A stretch of 64,000 bases of DNA from Eledone cirrhosa (lineage: Eukaryota), in NCBI GenBank assembly GCA_964016885.1, contig OZ024740.1, positions 359,352,001-359,416,000 on the forward strand, in the 5' to 3' direction. The notes beneath the pieces were generated by a model, which did not search any database, was not told the DNA's origin, and worked only from the letters and a program-made list of their open reading frames with translations. Positions 42,707-55,499 of this stretch are shown piece after piece. The translations under genes were made by a program, and so were the position numbers. Positions within the stretch are counted from its first letter, which is position 1. The number at the start of each line of letters is the position of its first letter.

Positions 42707-42980
42707 TCCTAACGTAGCAATAATTATCACTTTAATGTATGATTTAACGTTACTAATCTACTGTAGTATTTTGGGTACGTCTGTTTATATATATGTGTGT
42801 GTGTGTGTGTGCGTGTGTGTGCGTGTGTCACAGAATGTGACAAGGCTGGCCATTCAAACTACAGGCAAAAACTCAGTTTTTGCCAGCTGAGTGGATTAGA
42901 GCAACGTGAAATAAACTGTTTTGCTCAAGGACACAACGCGCCGCCGGGAATCGAACTCAGAACCTAACGATTGTAAGCCG

Positions 42981-43013
<33 letters not shown>

Positions 43014-43319
43014 ATATATATATATATAACAAAGAAAGTGTGGTACGAAACCAGGTGGACCATAACGCACCAGAGTACTCGATACTTTGGGTAGTAGAGC
43101 TCAGCCGTCGGGGTCCTGACACTTTTCCTATATATATATGTGTGTGTGTGTTTATATATATATGACTTATGATTTCATACGAATAAAACAGTTCTAGTCT
43201 TGTAGAAGTCAATTCTTTATAAAATATGTATGGTTCTTCTCTACTAACGTATTGAATACCTTATTTGACTGGGGGGATTTCCGATTACTTTCGGAAAACC
43301 AACCTTATATATATATACA

Positions 43320-44010
43320 TCAGAAAATGACACCTGCCACCAGACATTCCAATCCATAAGGGGGGGGACTGAATATACGACTGGCACGTTCGGGACACTC
43401 TTTGAGGAGACCGATCTACATACACAAACTCATATGCAGCGATATATGCACACTTCCTAATTGTCCCATTAATAACGCAAAAGTGTGCATGAGAGCATAT
43501 GTGTTCTATAAAATCACGTGAAAAAAATGCAGCTCCACATATATCGGAAGTACCATAAGGAGGCTACACATACGGATCAAAGAACTCGTGACAATGAGAG
43601 CCGCTTCCATAAAAAAAAACATCTTGACAGATACCGTAAAAAGACATTGAGGTCAGTATAGAAGCGAGTGAAAGGAATACAGGAAATTTGAGAAATAAGG
43701 GAACGATTTTAATTAGACGATTAAAGCCAGAAATAAATAATAGGTTATAAAAGCACGGGCGAAATGGTTACTATAGCAACCGCGTGCGTGCGCAAACATT
43801 TTTCCAACACATAACACCAGTTACATAAGAAAGCTCAAATGGTTCGTTTATTTTATCTAGGACTGTTTCAGCCCTGCATCTAAAAAAGGGATAATAGCCC
43901 TGAAATATCACGCCATAATACACTGGGTAAAACATTACTTTACTTTGCTTTGTTTAATTTACCTTTCGTATTTTCTACGGCATTATACTGGCTTTTAAAA
44001 GATCATCGGC
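43320..44010 (+). mobile_element. Penelope-like element 3' remnant with decayed GIY-YIG endonuclease
   Basis: From 43501: VFYKIT*KKCSSTYIGSTIRRLHIRIKE (GIY-YIG signature) ... ILIRRLKPEINNR. Degenerate hammerhead at 43876-43913 (gcat CTAAAAA aggg ataatag ccct GAAA tatc acgc). (TA)n on both sides. Confidence 0.8.
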
Positions 44011-44238
44011 CATATATATATATATATATATATATATAAATGTATATAAAAATAAATATATATATATATAAATGAATAAATAAATATATATATATAAATG
44101 AATAAATAAATATATATATATATAAATGAATAAATAAATATATATATATAAATGAATAAATATATATATAAATGAATAAATATATATAAATGAATAACTA
44201 TATATATATAAATGAATAAATATGTATATATATATAAA

Positions 44239-44277
<39 letters not shown>

Positions 44278-44552
44278 GAATATATATATATAAACGGAAA
44301 AAATGAAACGAAATTTCATTTCCCACTCTTAGTACGGCTGTTACTTAAATACAAGTATGTACACGTACATACATATATGTATACAGACGTACAGTAGTAT
44401 GTATATATACATACATGCACACATATATATATGTACGTATGGATTCACCGAACATTTATTATAACGCTCGGTGTGTTTGTAAACAAACATCCCATATTAA
44501 GCCGTAGTGTCTAGCAACCATCGTTGCTCGTTTGTTCCACACTGACAAAGGA

Positions 44553-44595
44553 ACGCTGTACTAGTTTCAAGCTTATTAGCTATCGTCAGCAACGT
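44553..44595 (-). ncRNA. Minimal type-I hammerhead (copy of the 28492 family)
   Basis: Minus strand: acgttg CTGACGA tagct aata agctt GAA AC ta GT A cagcgt. Host module ~44350-44655 is an inverted copy of ~28425-28735. Confidence 0.78.
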
Positions 44596-45109
44596 ATACC
44601 TTCCTGCCAGATTGTTGAACATATATACTTACCTTATGCATATTAACGGCTGAGTAGCCCAATTTGCATATCCAGTGGGTTCCTCGTACGTATATTGTAT
44701 GTTATGGCGTATATTTTTATATATTCTGGTACATTGCTTTTGGTTATGTGTATACGTGAGTTTTGCGTCTGTGTGAGTATGCGGGTTCGTACGTATGTAG
44801 GGTGTGTGTATATGTGTACTTCGTGTTTTGGTTGACGTACGTCTCCGAACATATTTACATGTAGGTATGTGTGTGCGCTTGTTATATACGTATTTATTTA
44901 TTTATATACGTTTATTTAATTATATGTATATACGCAAACACACACACATATATATATATTAATATATATATTTCTATATGCAAAAATTTTATTTAAAATT
45001 GTTGGGTTACAACGAGTAAATATTTTATAACTGATATAAAAGCACTCAACAGATTTTTGAGTATTTTACGATATTAAACAAATGGAAACTACATTTATAA
45101 AACCATATT

Positions 45110-45175
45110 TATTTCATTATATATATTTCAGGGATATCATATTAAAAATATGGTATGCCCTCTTCAGACAAAATA
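45110..45175 (-). ncRNA. Type-I hammerhead
   Basis: Minus strand: tattttgt CTGAAGA ggg c ataccatatt ttt aatatgatat ccc t GAA atatatat A atgaaata. Confidence 0.68.
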
Positions 45176-46619
45176 CAATATATAAACAGTTTTATAAATA
45201 AATTTGACATACCTTGAGAAATTTTACAACTTCCATTTAAAAAGTTGTTAAGGACGGTTAGAAAGAAAGACGGAGAAAAAAGAAAAAAGAAAAAGAAGGG
45301 AAAAAAAAGAAAGAGCGGAAGGTGAAGAAGATGAAGAAATGTATGTAAAGAGAAAGACACCAAATGAGAGATTTATGAGGGAAGGGGGTACTGTAATTAT
45401 TTATTTATTTATTTATTTATTTAGTGTTAAGGATACGGGGAAAAATAAAAACAAAAACAAAAATAAATAAGGAGAGGTAGATCGAGTAATATCTATCATA
45501 CGAGGTGGGAGAGATAGGGGAGGGGTGAGATACAGGAGATAGAGTTAAAACAGCCGATACATAAGTCCCGTCAAAAGTAGAGGGAGGAGGAGAGGAGATA
45601 TACTTAGAAATAAAAATGATAGTTTTAAAATATTATGTTTCATCAGTCTATCAATTCCTATGAATTATAATGTAAATATCAATATTCATGAATGAGACAC
45701 ATATCAATAATGTGTGAAAAAATAATGACTATATGTTTAGTTTAAAAATTCTTAGGTTTACAATCAAAATCTGAGATAAAACTTCAAAAAAATACTGAAA
45801 TACATAAGTATATATGTATTTTCATGAAAAAAGAGAAAAAGAAAAAAGAGAAAGAAAAAGAGAAGGTTATCTCAAATTGACATTATAGACATATGTGAGC
45901 CTACGTGAACAGCTCTGTAAATTTTTATTTCACATGAAAAGCTTCATTGCGTTAAAATAGATTTTACCGTACATATATGTACATACATACATACATATAC
46001 ATAAAATATACATTATTAGTAATAATAATAATATTCTTGCCCTCTCATACATGATTATCGTTCAAGCATAGAATAGAACAGATATCAATATATTAAAATA
46101 TTAAAAACGCCAAGAATATTTCACTCCCCAGAATATCTAGGGCCGTAAAAACACAGTGTGCCCCGCATATCAATCAATCCTTCCAATTTATTTGACAATA
46201 TATTGCCAAGTTCATTACAAGCAATCGGAATCGAAAGCAAACAAAACCAAAATTATTCACCAAACTTATTTAGCAGAAATCATTCAAAAATACTTTAGCA
46301 GAAATCATTTAGCAGAAATCATTCAAAAAAACTTTATTTCTATATATATTTTGTGTGTATTTGGTGTATATATTCGTATGCGTGCGTGTACAGGAGTTGA
46401 GTGGGTTCTGTATGTGCGTGTGGGTGTTTTTGTTTTGTTTTTTTTTTGTGTGTGTGTACGTGCGTGTATTTGTATACCTATGGCGAGTGTTTTCGCGTAT
46501 GCTTCTGTATGTACGTATATGGATGCGTGTATGTATTTATTTCAATTACCTCTGTATTTTATTTACTTTATTCTTAACTCTGAAGCCGAGAATCATTCGG
46601 TTTCCGAGTTAGAATTTTA

Positions 46620-46860
46620 GTCTACGACTTCAGTTATACCATTTACGTGGTTTTGTCTTTGCGTGCAATTGTTCTCTCCGCTCCACATATGACGTATTAT
46701 CTTCGTTTTTTTCGTTCATTGCCTGGGAACGTCTCTATGAACTACCTAATAGAATATTTGTCTACGACTTCTTTTATACCATAAACGTGGTTTTGTCTTT
46801 GCGTGTAATTGTTTTTCACCGCTCCAAATAATGACGTATTATATTCGTTTTTTCCCGTTC
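46620..46860 (+). repeat. ~140-bp imperfect tandem duplication
   Basis: tctacgacttc..ttataccat..acgtggttttgtctttgcgtg at ~46621 and ~46761. Confidence 0.8.
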
Positions 46861-49815
46861 TTTGCTAGGAAAGGTTTCCACGAACCAAAGTATCGTCTTC
46901 CTGTCTTCCTCCGATTGCAACGTTTTTTGAAATATTCACTTCTGCGTTCACAGATTGACTTTGTTAGTTTCAGAAGATCCCGTTAAGGGTGAAAGCAGCG
47001 ATTCTTTGCTTAACCTTTAATCTGTTATTTTAATAAATATATATATATATATATATATAACAATTCGATGAGCATCTGCTATAATGCGACTGTGGTGGAG
47101 AAAGCACTTTGTAGAGACTGTATCCATAATTCATAGGACCAACCTGTTACACGCTGAATCTCTCTGAGAAATACATTAAGAGTACATGGGTTTGGATTTC
47201 CTAGACATTTACAGGTTCATTTAATTAGCAGGCTCTTCGGGCAAATAGAACACTCATCGACAAAAGTAGCGGAGGTCCATTTCATTTGCATATACAGCTA
47301 ACATGTATGTATCTTTATTCATTTATATTGGTTTAACTGATTAATAAACTATTATCCCTCTTAGACTATGACAAAGAACAGCATCCTCCAGAATTAACGT
47401 GAAGTGGCTAAGCAAACACGTGTAATTCTTAGCAAGATACAGCATGACACAATGTGTGACATGGCTGGGCTTTTGAATTACAGGTCCAGTTCATCCGACT
47501 GGCCTCTAAACAGTTTCAGTCAACCCACTTTCTCTCACAAGATATGGACCGACTCGAGACTATGGTAAAAGACACTTGCACAAGATGTAATAGTGAACCA
47601 ATGATTGGCTTGCTGGGAACTTGTCGCCGTTGATCCTATTGTTTACCGATTGCGATAGAAAATATAATAAATTGAATAAATAAATTAATTAGAAAACAAA
47701 TACTGGAGATCACTATAATCGACTAAACCTCACCTAACAGTATAGTCCCTTATCTATATTAGATATCAATATTTATGTTGTCATTTAGGGTGGCCGTCGA
47801 ATGAAATGGTATTGCGGGATTTGTTCTGGCTTTTTACGTTATGAGTTCAAATCTCGGCAAGGTCAACTTTGCTTTTCATCATTCTGGGGTCGATAAAAAA
47901 AAGTACCAGTCAATGACTGGGGATAATTAAATCCACTTTGCCGTTAGCAAAACCTATGCCTAAATTAGAAATCGTTTGGTCACTAATCCATTGAATATTA
48001 TCAAAGACCTTCCAAACGTATTCATGCTGTTATTTCGAAGACTGTATCTAAGACCGTATGATTCAATGTGTCCTACATTTTTAAGACACTGTAGTTTGAT
48101 TTGAGGGAGAATTGATTGTTATGTCTAGCAGGTCAAATGATTGTGTAGCTGCTCTGTTGTTGACTCACTTGCTATATAAGCTGCAAGGCACGGACAAATA
48201 TCACGAGGGTCAACATTGTCTACATACTTTTGTGTGAATAACATAAGTACCAATCAACTACTGTGATCGATATAATCGAACGCTCTGTCTCTCAGAATGT
48301 GCAGCTTTAGGCTTAAATGTCTAAAATAATATATTTGCTGAGAGTAATAGATGATAAAATCAAGAGAGTACCACACAGAATATACAATATGTCACTTTAT
48401 ATTCTGAGTTTAAATTACACCAGTGCCGACCAGTGTCAATAAAATAGGCACCAGGCAGACACTAATATTGATTAAATAGACACATCTCACAAATATGTGA
48501 ACATGTATCAATATAAGACTAAATGTGAAAGAGTGACAAGGTGCGTAGCTTAGTGATTGGAGGTATTAGTTTCATGATCGTAAAGTCATGAGATCGATTC
48601 CTAGTGGCTCATTTTGTCCTTGGACAAGACACTTTATTTCACGTTGCTCCAGTCCACTCAGCTAACAAAAATGTGTTGTACCTGTAATTAAAAGAGGCAA
48701 CCTTGCCTTGTCACACTGTGTGTCATATTGAATCTTCCTGAGAACTATATTAAGGCTTCTTGTGTCAGTAGAATACTCAGTCACTTGTCTGTCGATTTCC
48801 CATGCAGGCTGTTCCATTTGTCAAACAACTGGCCCACTCGTCGTCAGAACGTAATTCTCAGGAGCATTCAGCGTAACACGGTGAGTGACAAGGCTGGTAC
48901 TTTGAATCACAGGTACAGGCCATTAGACGGGCTTCCAAACAGTCTCCGTCTACTCAATTTCACTCACACAGCTGGCTTGAGAGTAAAGAAAATGAAACGG
49001 AGACTTAATGGTTATGAAGCAAATTTCTTAAATTTTCAGCCATGTTGCGTCTACACCCTGTATCTGACTGTTTACTGACAACATATGTGGCGTTTGATCT
49101 TGAGAATATATAGCCTCTTAGAATGTATACAATGTCGGATTTTATGCAAGAGAGGAATGTAATAGTGTCTTATTTCTATATCTTATCATATTTGAAAACT
49201 CTAATCGTATTTATTTAGCCATAACACCAATTACATGTATTATTACATTAGGTAGTTGGACAACATACTTTGCAGCATAGAGTTGCGGTCCTTTGCGTCC
49301 TCGGTTCCAATCCTGCCGAGGTTAGCTTTGCCTTTCATCCTTACGGAGTCGATAAAATAAAGTACTAGTATACTGGGGAGGATTTAATAGACTTTCCCCT
49401 CACCTAAATTTGTGCCTAAATCAAAAACCATTATTACATTAGGTAACGGTGGTTGGTTAACAGAGTTGTTAGAGCGTAGGATGCTATGCATTGAAATATT
49501 ACATTACGGTCCTTTAAGTTCTGGTTTCAAAACCTACCGATGCCAACATGACCTTTCATCCTTCCGGGGATAAAATAAAGTCGATACAATCAACATTTCC
49601 TTCCCCCAAAACATTGCTGACTTTGTGCAAATATTAGAAACCATTATTACACGTAAATTATATAATACTCGTAAGATGAAGATGTATTTAACAAAATGAA
49701 TAAAGAATGTTAACCATAATCTAAAAAGAAAGATTACGAAGTTGTCAGAACGTAAAACAACAGGTATTTTTAAAATATACAATTTCCTGAAAACTTTAAC
49801 TATCCCAGTGCATGC

Positions 49816-49855
<40 letters not shown>

Positions 49856-52036
49856 GTATGTCTGGTCAACCGGAGCTTGGTTAAATATTTCAAAATGTCC
49901 AAACTATCTGGATCACCAATTCACCGGATAAAGCAGTGAATAGACAAAGTTATTAAAGCAATGGGAAAAAATAAAAAAGTGTTAAAGTACGTTGCAGATT
50001 TGCTTATTTTGAAACATTTGCTTATTCGTTTCGGTAATTCACGAAAGCCAAGTTTATTTTTACATTCTCCATTACTGCTGGTAATTAAACCGTTTTCGTG
50101 GTTTTTACCAATGTACTTAAAGTAGGGGGTAAACTGTGATTTCAATTCACCACTGAAAACATTCTACTTCACATATGCAATTAATATATTTTGAGAAAAG
50201 CTCTAATGTTAATCTTTAAACCGCCTACCCCAAATTCATAGATATTCTTTATCTAGTGAAAACAAAACAATAATTAAGGTGTTTATTGCTCTCGTGTTAA
50301 ATATAAGTGCATGTGTATTGTAGATTAAATAAACTCCATTATACCACCTTTGAATCGATACAGATGTGATGAAAGCAAAATTTGCTCCAATCGACCTTGA
50401 ACTCGAAGCATGCAGAGTAAAAACTGAATGACGTAATGTATTTAGTCCGGCGTTATATTCAGCCGATTCCATCATCCGTTAAAAACAAGTGATACTCATA
50501 ATATATTGAATATGTGCATCACTGCTTGAAGACTTCGTGTTGTGTGTCGGAAGTAAGGCATAATAGAAAAGGTACCTGCCTTTCACAATGAAACCATAGT
50601 ATTTCGACTTCGCACAAAAACTGAAAAAACACTCATCAATTATATAGTGCTCCAGCTCCTTACTGTGGTAAGAATTACCAGATATATATTAGTTGAAAAT
50701 AGTATGTGACATTCATACCTTATTTGTTGATTTTACTTATTATTTTTCCATCGTCGTACCAGTAAAATATTAGATGTATTCAATCGGTTACTGACCACTT
50801 GTATATGAAATTGAGTACCACGTTGTAGTTGCATTTTTGCTCACCATCGATATGTTTGCTCTAGATTAACGTGAGCAATCACGTTTACTGTTGTGAAAGG
50901 AATGCTTACGTTGACAATATATTCAGTATATTAGATATATTTGCATCGGGTTTTCATTCTAACTGAATCATTCGGTTTATTTGCACAAATGTAATTGAAA
51001 CATCGTTCTGTTGAAAAGAAGAAAAATGGATTGGATTTAACCGGAATAAACACTGTATATACAGAGTTAATGGTCCAAACTGCAAAGAATAAATGAATAT
51101 AAAACAAGCTGGTATATTGGAGATGTTTGGCTGTGGTTTTAACGAGAACCGTTTGGGAAATTCTGCATGTGCAAATAACTTTGTTTTCATCCTTCACATT
51201 TGCTTTATAAGCTTTCGTTTGTATGTATACGTCCCTAGAGTATAGTATAACACAGGAGACATTTCATTAGAGAAATTATTCATTTTGATTCTTTCTAAAA
51301 CGAAAAAAGCTCATCATACCGGTACAAAACACAAGTTACGCCGTTTATTTGCAAATTTTGTTAGGTATGTGAGGACGCTGTGTTGCATGAAAGTGACGTG
51401 AGTATATTGCATGATTAAATTATATGTTATATGTATTCTAACAATTCAGAAAGAAAAATCTCAAATCCTGGGTCAAAATATTGCCTTTTCACTCATTCTT
51501 CGTGTTTGACGTCTCAAAATTTACAATATGTCGAAAAGAAAAGGAATGAATGTAATATCAAAACAAATCTATTCCCTATAAACAGCTTGCTTTGGAGAAA
51601 TTATAAAGAACAATGTGAGCATACAAGTATATAACCGCACACAAAATAAACTAATACTGAAAATAATCCCTTAAGGTATAACTTTAGTTTTTACACTGCT
51701 TAGTAAAGTAATATAAAGACAAAGAGCTTACGACATCACTTTTAAAATATTAAAAATGTCATTACAGGAAGCACGTGATCACAAAATCCAAGCAACTCAT
51801 CATGTTTGTTTTGTCATAATGTCAAAATCAAATTGTTGCTGCTTGTATTGTTGCTTGCTTTCAGTTTAATATAAAACACGGGATCTTCTGATTCTGCACT
51901 GATATGAGATACTTCTTGAACATATTAAACCTTCTTAAGTGGTTCAAAGTTCCAATACCTCTGTATATCTGAAGATAATTATCAATGTCATGAAGTATAT
52001 ACTGCGTAAAGCTTTATTTCAGAAAGATGAAACTGA

Positions 52037-52212
52037 GTATCGGTAGAGGGTCGGACGCCATGCTTTCCAGCATAGTTACGTCCCTTTACGATCTGAGTTC
52101 AAATCCTGCCGAGGTTGACTTTGCCTTTCATCCTACGGGGTCGATAAAATAAAGTACCAGTAATGCACTGGGTAATTGCTGGCCTTGTGCCTAAAGTAGA
52201 AACAATTATTAT
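52037..52212 (+). mobile_element. tRNA-derived SINE family 1
   Basis: Same consensus as 6168-6360. Confidence 0.85.
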
Positions 52213-52601
52213 TTGCTTCACCTATATTTTATTTAAGATAGGCAGAGGCTGGGAGCGTCCATTATTTTTGTCTACTACCCTCCCCGAACTGGTAAGCTCG
52301 GTGCTAGTGATGTTTTGTCTACTGATATCTATATGAGAATCGCTGCACTGGAAAGACTGTCAGATGGTTTTAGTTCTGGATAATAAATATGAAGCGAAAA
52401 CAACGGATTGGGTATTATAAGAGGAAAGAAGATGAATCATCATATGTGCTTGCATAAATATTGTATATAATTTGTTATAAATGGTAGAAATAGTAGAGTT
52501 ATTGTAGTGATGATAGTAAAGGCAAAGAGAAGTGTATAGTTGAAGTATATTAGTGATCTAATTAACCAAATGTGTGTGCTTTGCAATTAAAGATGTGTGT
52601 A

Positions 52602-53722
52602 CAGGATTGCTCAGTTCTTTGAGGAGACGTCTTTTAATAGCTCTAATTCTTTACTAACTTGTTCTGATTATCATTTATTTTCAGATAGCAAATGAAAAGG
52701 CATGCTGACATCGTTGCCTTAAAGGTGATTTAGAGATTGCGAGCTTCCTGAAAGTTGCACGGTCGTTTGTTGTCAAATTTCGCACAAAGGTGAAAGCCGC
52801 AAAGGAGATTCTACAGAAAAAGCCGAACATAAAACGCTTTTTAAGGGTCCTAATACCGTCAGAATACCCAAATTCGTACGAAGATGCGGGAAATTATCAA
52901 TAGGAACCCAAGAAAGTGAATTAGTGCCGTTTCTAAGGGGCTCACGTTTTCAAGGCACACTATTGGAAGAATTGTTCCTGAATACCTTTGATACAACTCA
53001 TGTGATGTGGAGAGGCTAATTCATGTCTGAAAAGAAAAAAGATCCACACAAATTGCTTTTTTGAGCAAGTTGAAACATCAAGAGCTTGGAATGCTTTGGT
53101 TGTTTCCTTAAAAACAAATGGCAGATGGTTGGGTATACAGAGACCCTAAAAACGTTCTATCGGTCTTGTGCACAAAGTTTCCGGCGGCAGTTGTGTTGGT
53201 TCTGGGAGTCGTAAGTAACAAGAAAGATGTCATGGCTTCTCGGTTTTTTCCTCTGGGCTTAAGGGACAATGCTGCTGACTCGAAGGAGGTGTTGGAGAGA
53301 GTTATGAGACCTTGAGTAGAAGGCGTAAATAAAGGAAGACCGTAAACTTACCAACAAGATGCTAAGAATGAATAAATTACAATTCCCACGATCACGTAAT
53401 TCCAAACATATGGCTTCCTAGCTCTCCAGACTAAATCTGTTGGACTACTATGTGCGGGGCCTATTCGAGAGAGAAGTCAATCAATGCCCCCATGATACAA
53501 TACAATCTACCATAACTAGCAAAGTGACCAAAATATATAATGTGATCTCAACGTTTCAGAGCTCACATTGACGCAGTTATCGATGGATACTGACGTTAGA
53601 TTCATTGAGTAGATGCGTCACAAAAAGTCTCAAGATTATGCACGCCAATTTTTTGTATCAAATAAAGCTCTTTTCATTACATGTATTTTATGCAAATATC
53701 CTCAAAGAACTCGGCAATCCTG
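52602..53722 (+). mobile_element. Tc1/mariner superfamily relic (maT/DD37D-like)
   Basis: TA|CAGGATTGCTCAGTTCTTTGAGGA ... TCCTCAAAGAACTCGGCAATCCTG|TA gives TIRs with a TA duplication. Decayed transposase TKFPAAVVLVLGVVS, YQQD, WLPSSPD..LLDYYV. Confidence 0.85.
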
Positions 53723-55275
53723 TATAGTAGGGGCACTGCTCAAAATACGTAAGTAGTATTTGAATATGAAGTGCAATAAAGTGTCGAACAACTCTCTATT
53801 TCAAAAAGAATGTATAATCTGCTTGTTTGGCAAATTATGTAATTCTTTGTTTGATCTAAGTGCACCGCACCTTAAGCTTCGTGAATTAAATTTGGTAGAC
53901 GGAAAATGTGCGGAAGTCTTTCGGATGAACTGAACCTACTCGTGAACTAAATGGTTGCTGATTTTTTAGCATACTTTTGCAGTTTATCAAACCAGGTCTC
54001 GGATCTGAGAGTAACTCGATAATTTGATACATTACTTCCTACTGAAGCAATTAATGAATCATAATTTATTTTTAGTTTTTCTCCACTACATTTGGAGCCC
54101 ATGCAAAAGGTTGCGAGGATCGTCCTTCCTCCTTTAGCAAAACTAAAAATACTCCTTATTAAACCCCGAAACTAAGCTTTCAACTTGTTCCTAGATGGCT
54201 CAATCAGTCAGATAGTTCCTAGCTACATATTTCCTATACAGATATTTTCTTATATCTAGGTTTGGTTTTGTTTTGTTTTGTTTTTTGTTGTTGTTATTTT
54301 ACAGATATGTTGGTTTTGTCTGAATATATATTGATAGAAAACATTCATTTATATTCGAAGCTTCTCTTAAAAATTGAAATATCACCCTTCAAAAATCTAA
54401 TTTCTTGTGTCTGTAGCTCAAATATTTATTAACTAACAAAATAGTTCAATTATGTTCTAACAAAACATCATATCGTTTGCAAATTTGATCGTTTCAAAGA
54501 CCTCCCATTCCCTTTCCTTTCTTGGTGTCTCTTTTATCCTATTTATCGCTATATTTTGTTTGTCTTTGGGTCGATTCTGTTAGATTGCCACTTCAGGAAA
54601 ACAAGCCAAGCAAAACCCAATATTCATTGAAAATATCTAAATGTCAAAAACTCCATAATAGCAATTCTGTTTCCTTTCATCGTGTTCAAGCAAACCAAAT
54701 CAAACTGTACATTCACGCAAAATCACACTATTCGATAGGAAACTTTCCCCAGTACCAAAACAAAATATAATTGAGTTCAATTAAAATAATGAAGAAGGCC
54801 TTTTAAGTATCAACTTTACTGGTGTCTCTTCGAATTATATAAAACTCACTCTCTCGATATTTCTGTATTCTTTCGTCAAAGAAATCTAGCAAAATGTCTG
54901 GAAAGAAGTGACTAAAGACTATATATACCGAGCGTTATGTCTTTTGAAAAACACATATCAGTATAATACGTTGTTTTTATTATCCTTTTAAGCATTAGAG
55001 ATCTGATCGCGGTTTTTAGTTTATAGATCAGCTTTGCTTTATTTTCTTCACACTATTTTCGGTAGGCAATTATTTTTTTTATGATAATTACTGAAAGTTT
55101 ATTCTAAGTACGCTAACTTAGTAATCACTCTTGATATAATAGTTCGTCTGGCTATAGCAATTACTTTTGGCAAATCAATTTGGAATTAAGAAAAGGAAAC
55201 ATCCTTTCATTACCATTCAGTATTTAGTTACATTTAAGATCAAATCCAACTGGGATATACATTATCAAACATTTG

Positions 55276-55460
55276 GATTGGCAGTATCGGTAAAGGATCG
55301 GACTCCATGCTTTGACGCATAGAGTTACGGACCTTGCCATTCTGAGTTCAAATCCCGCCGAGGTTAACTTTGCCTTTCATCCTTACGGGGTCGATAAAAT
55401 AAAATACCAGTAATGTACTGGGTAATTGTTGGCCTTGTGCCAAAAGTAGAAACAATTATT
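55276..55460 (+). mobile_element. tRNA-derived SINE family 1
   Basis: Same consensus as 6168-6360. Confidence 0.85.
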
Positions 55461-55499
55461 TAAATCAATTTCAGTATAAAACTGGCTAATTCGACTATA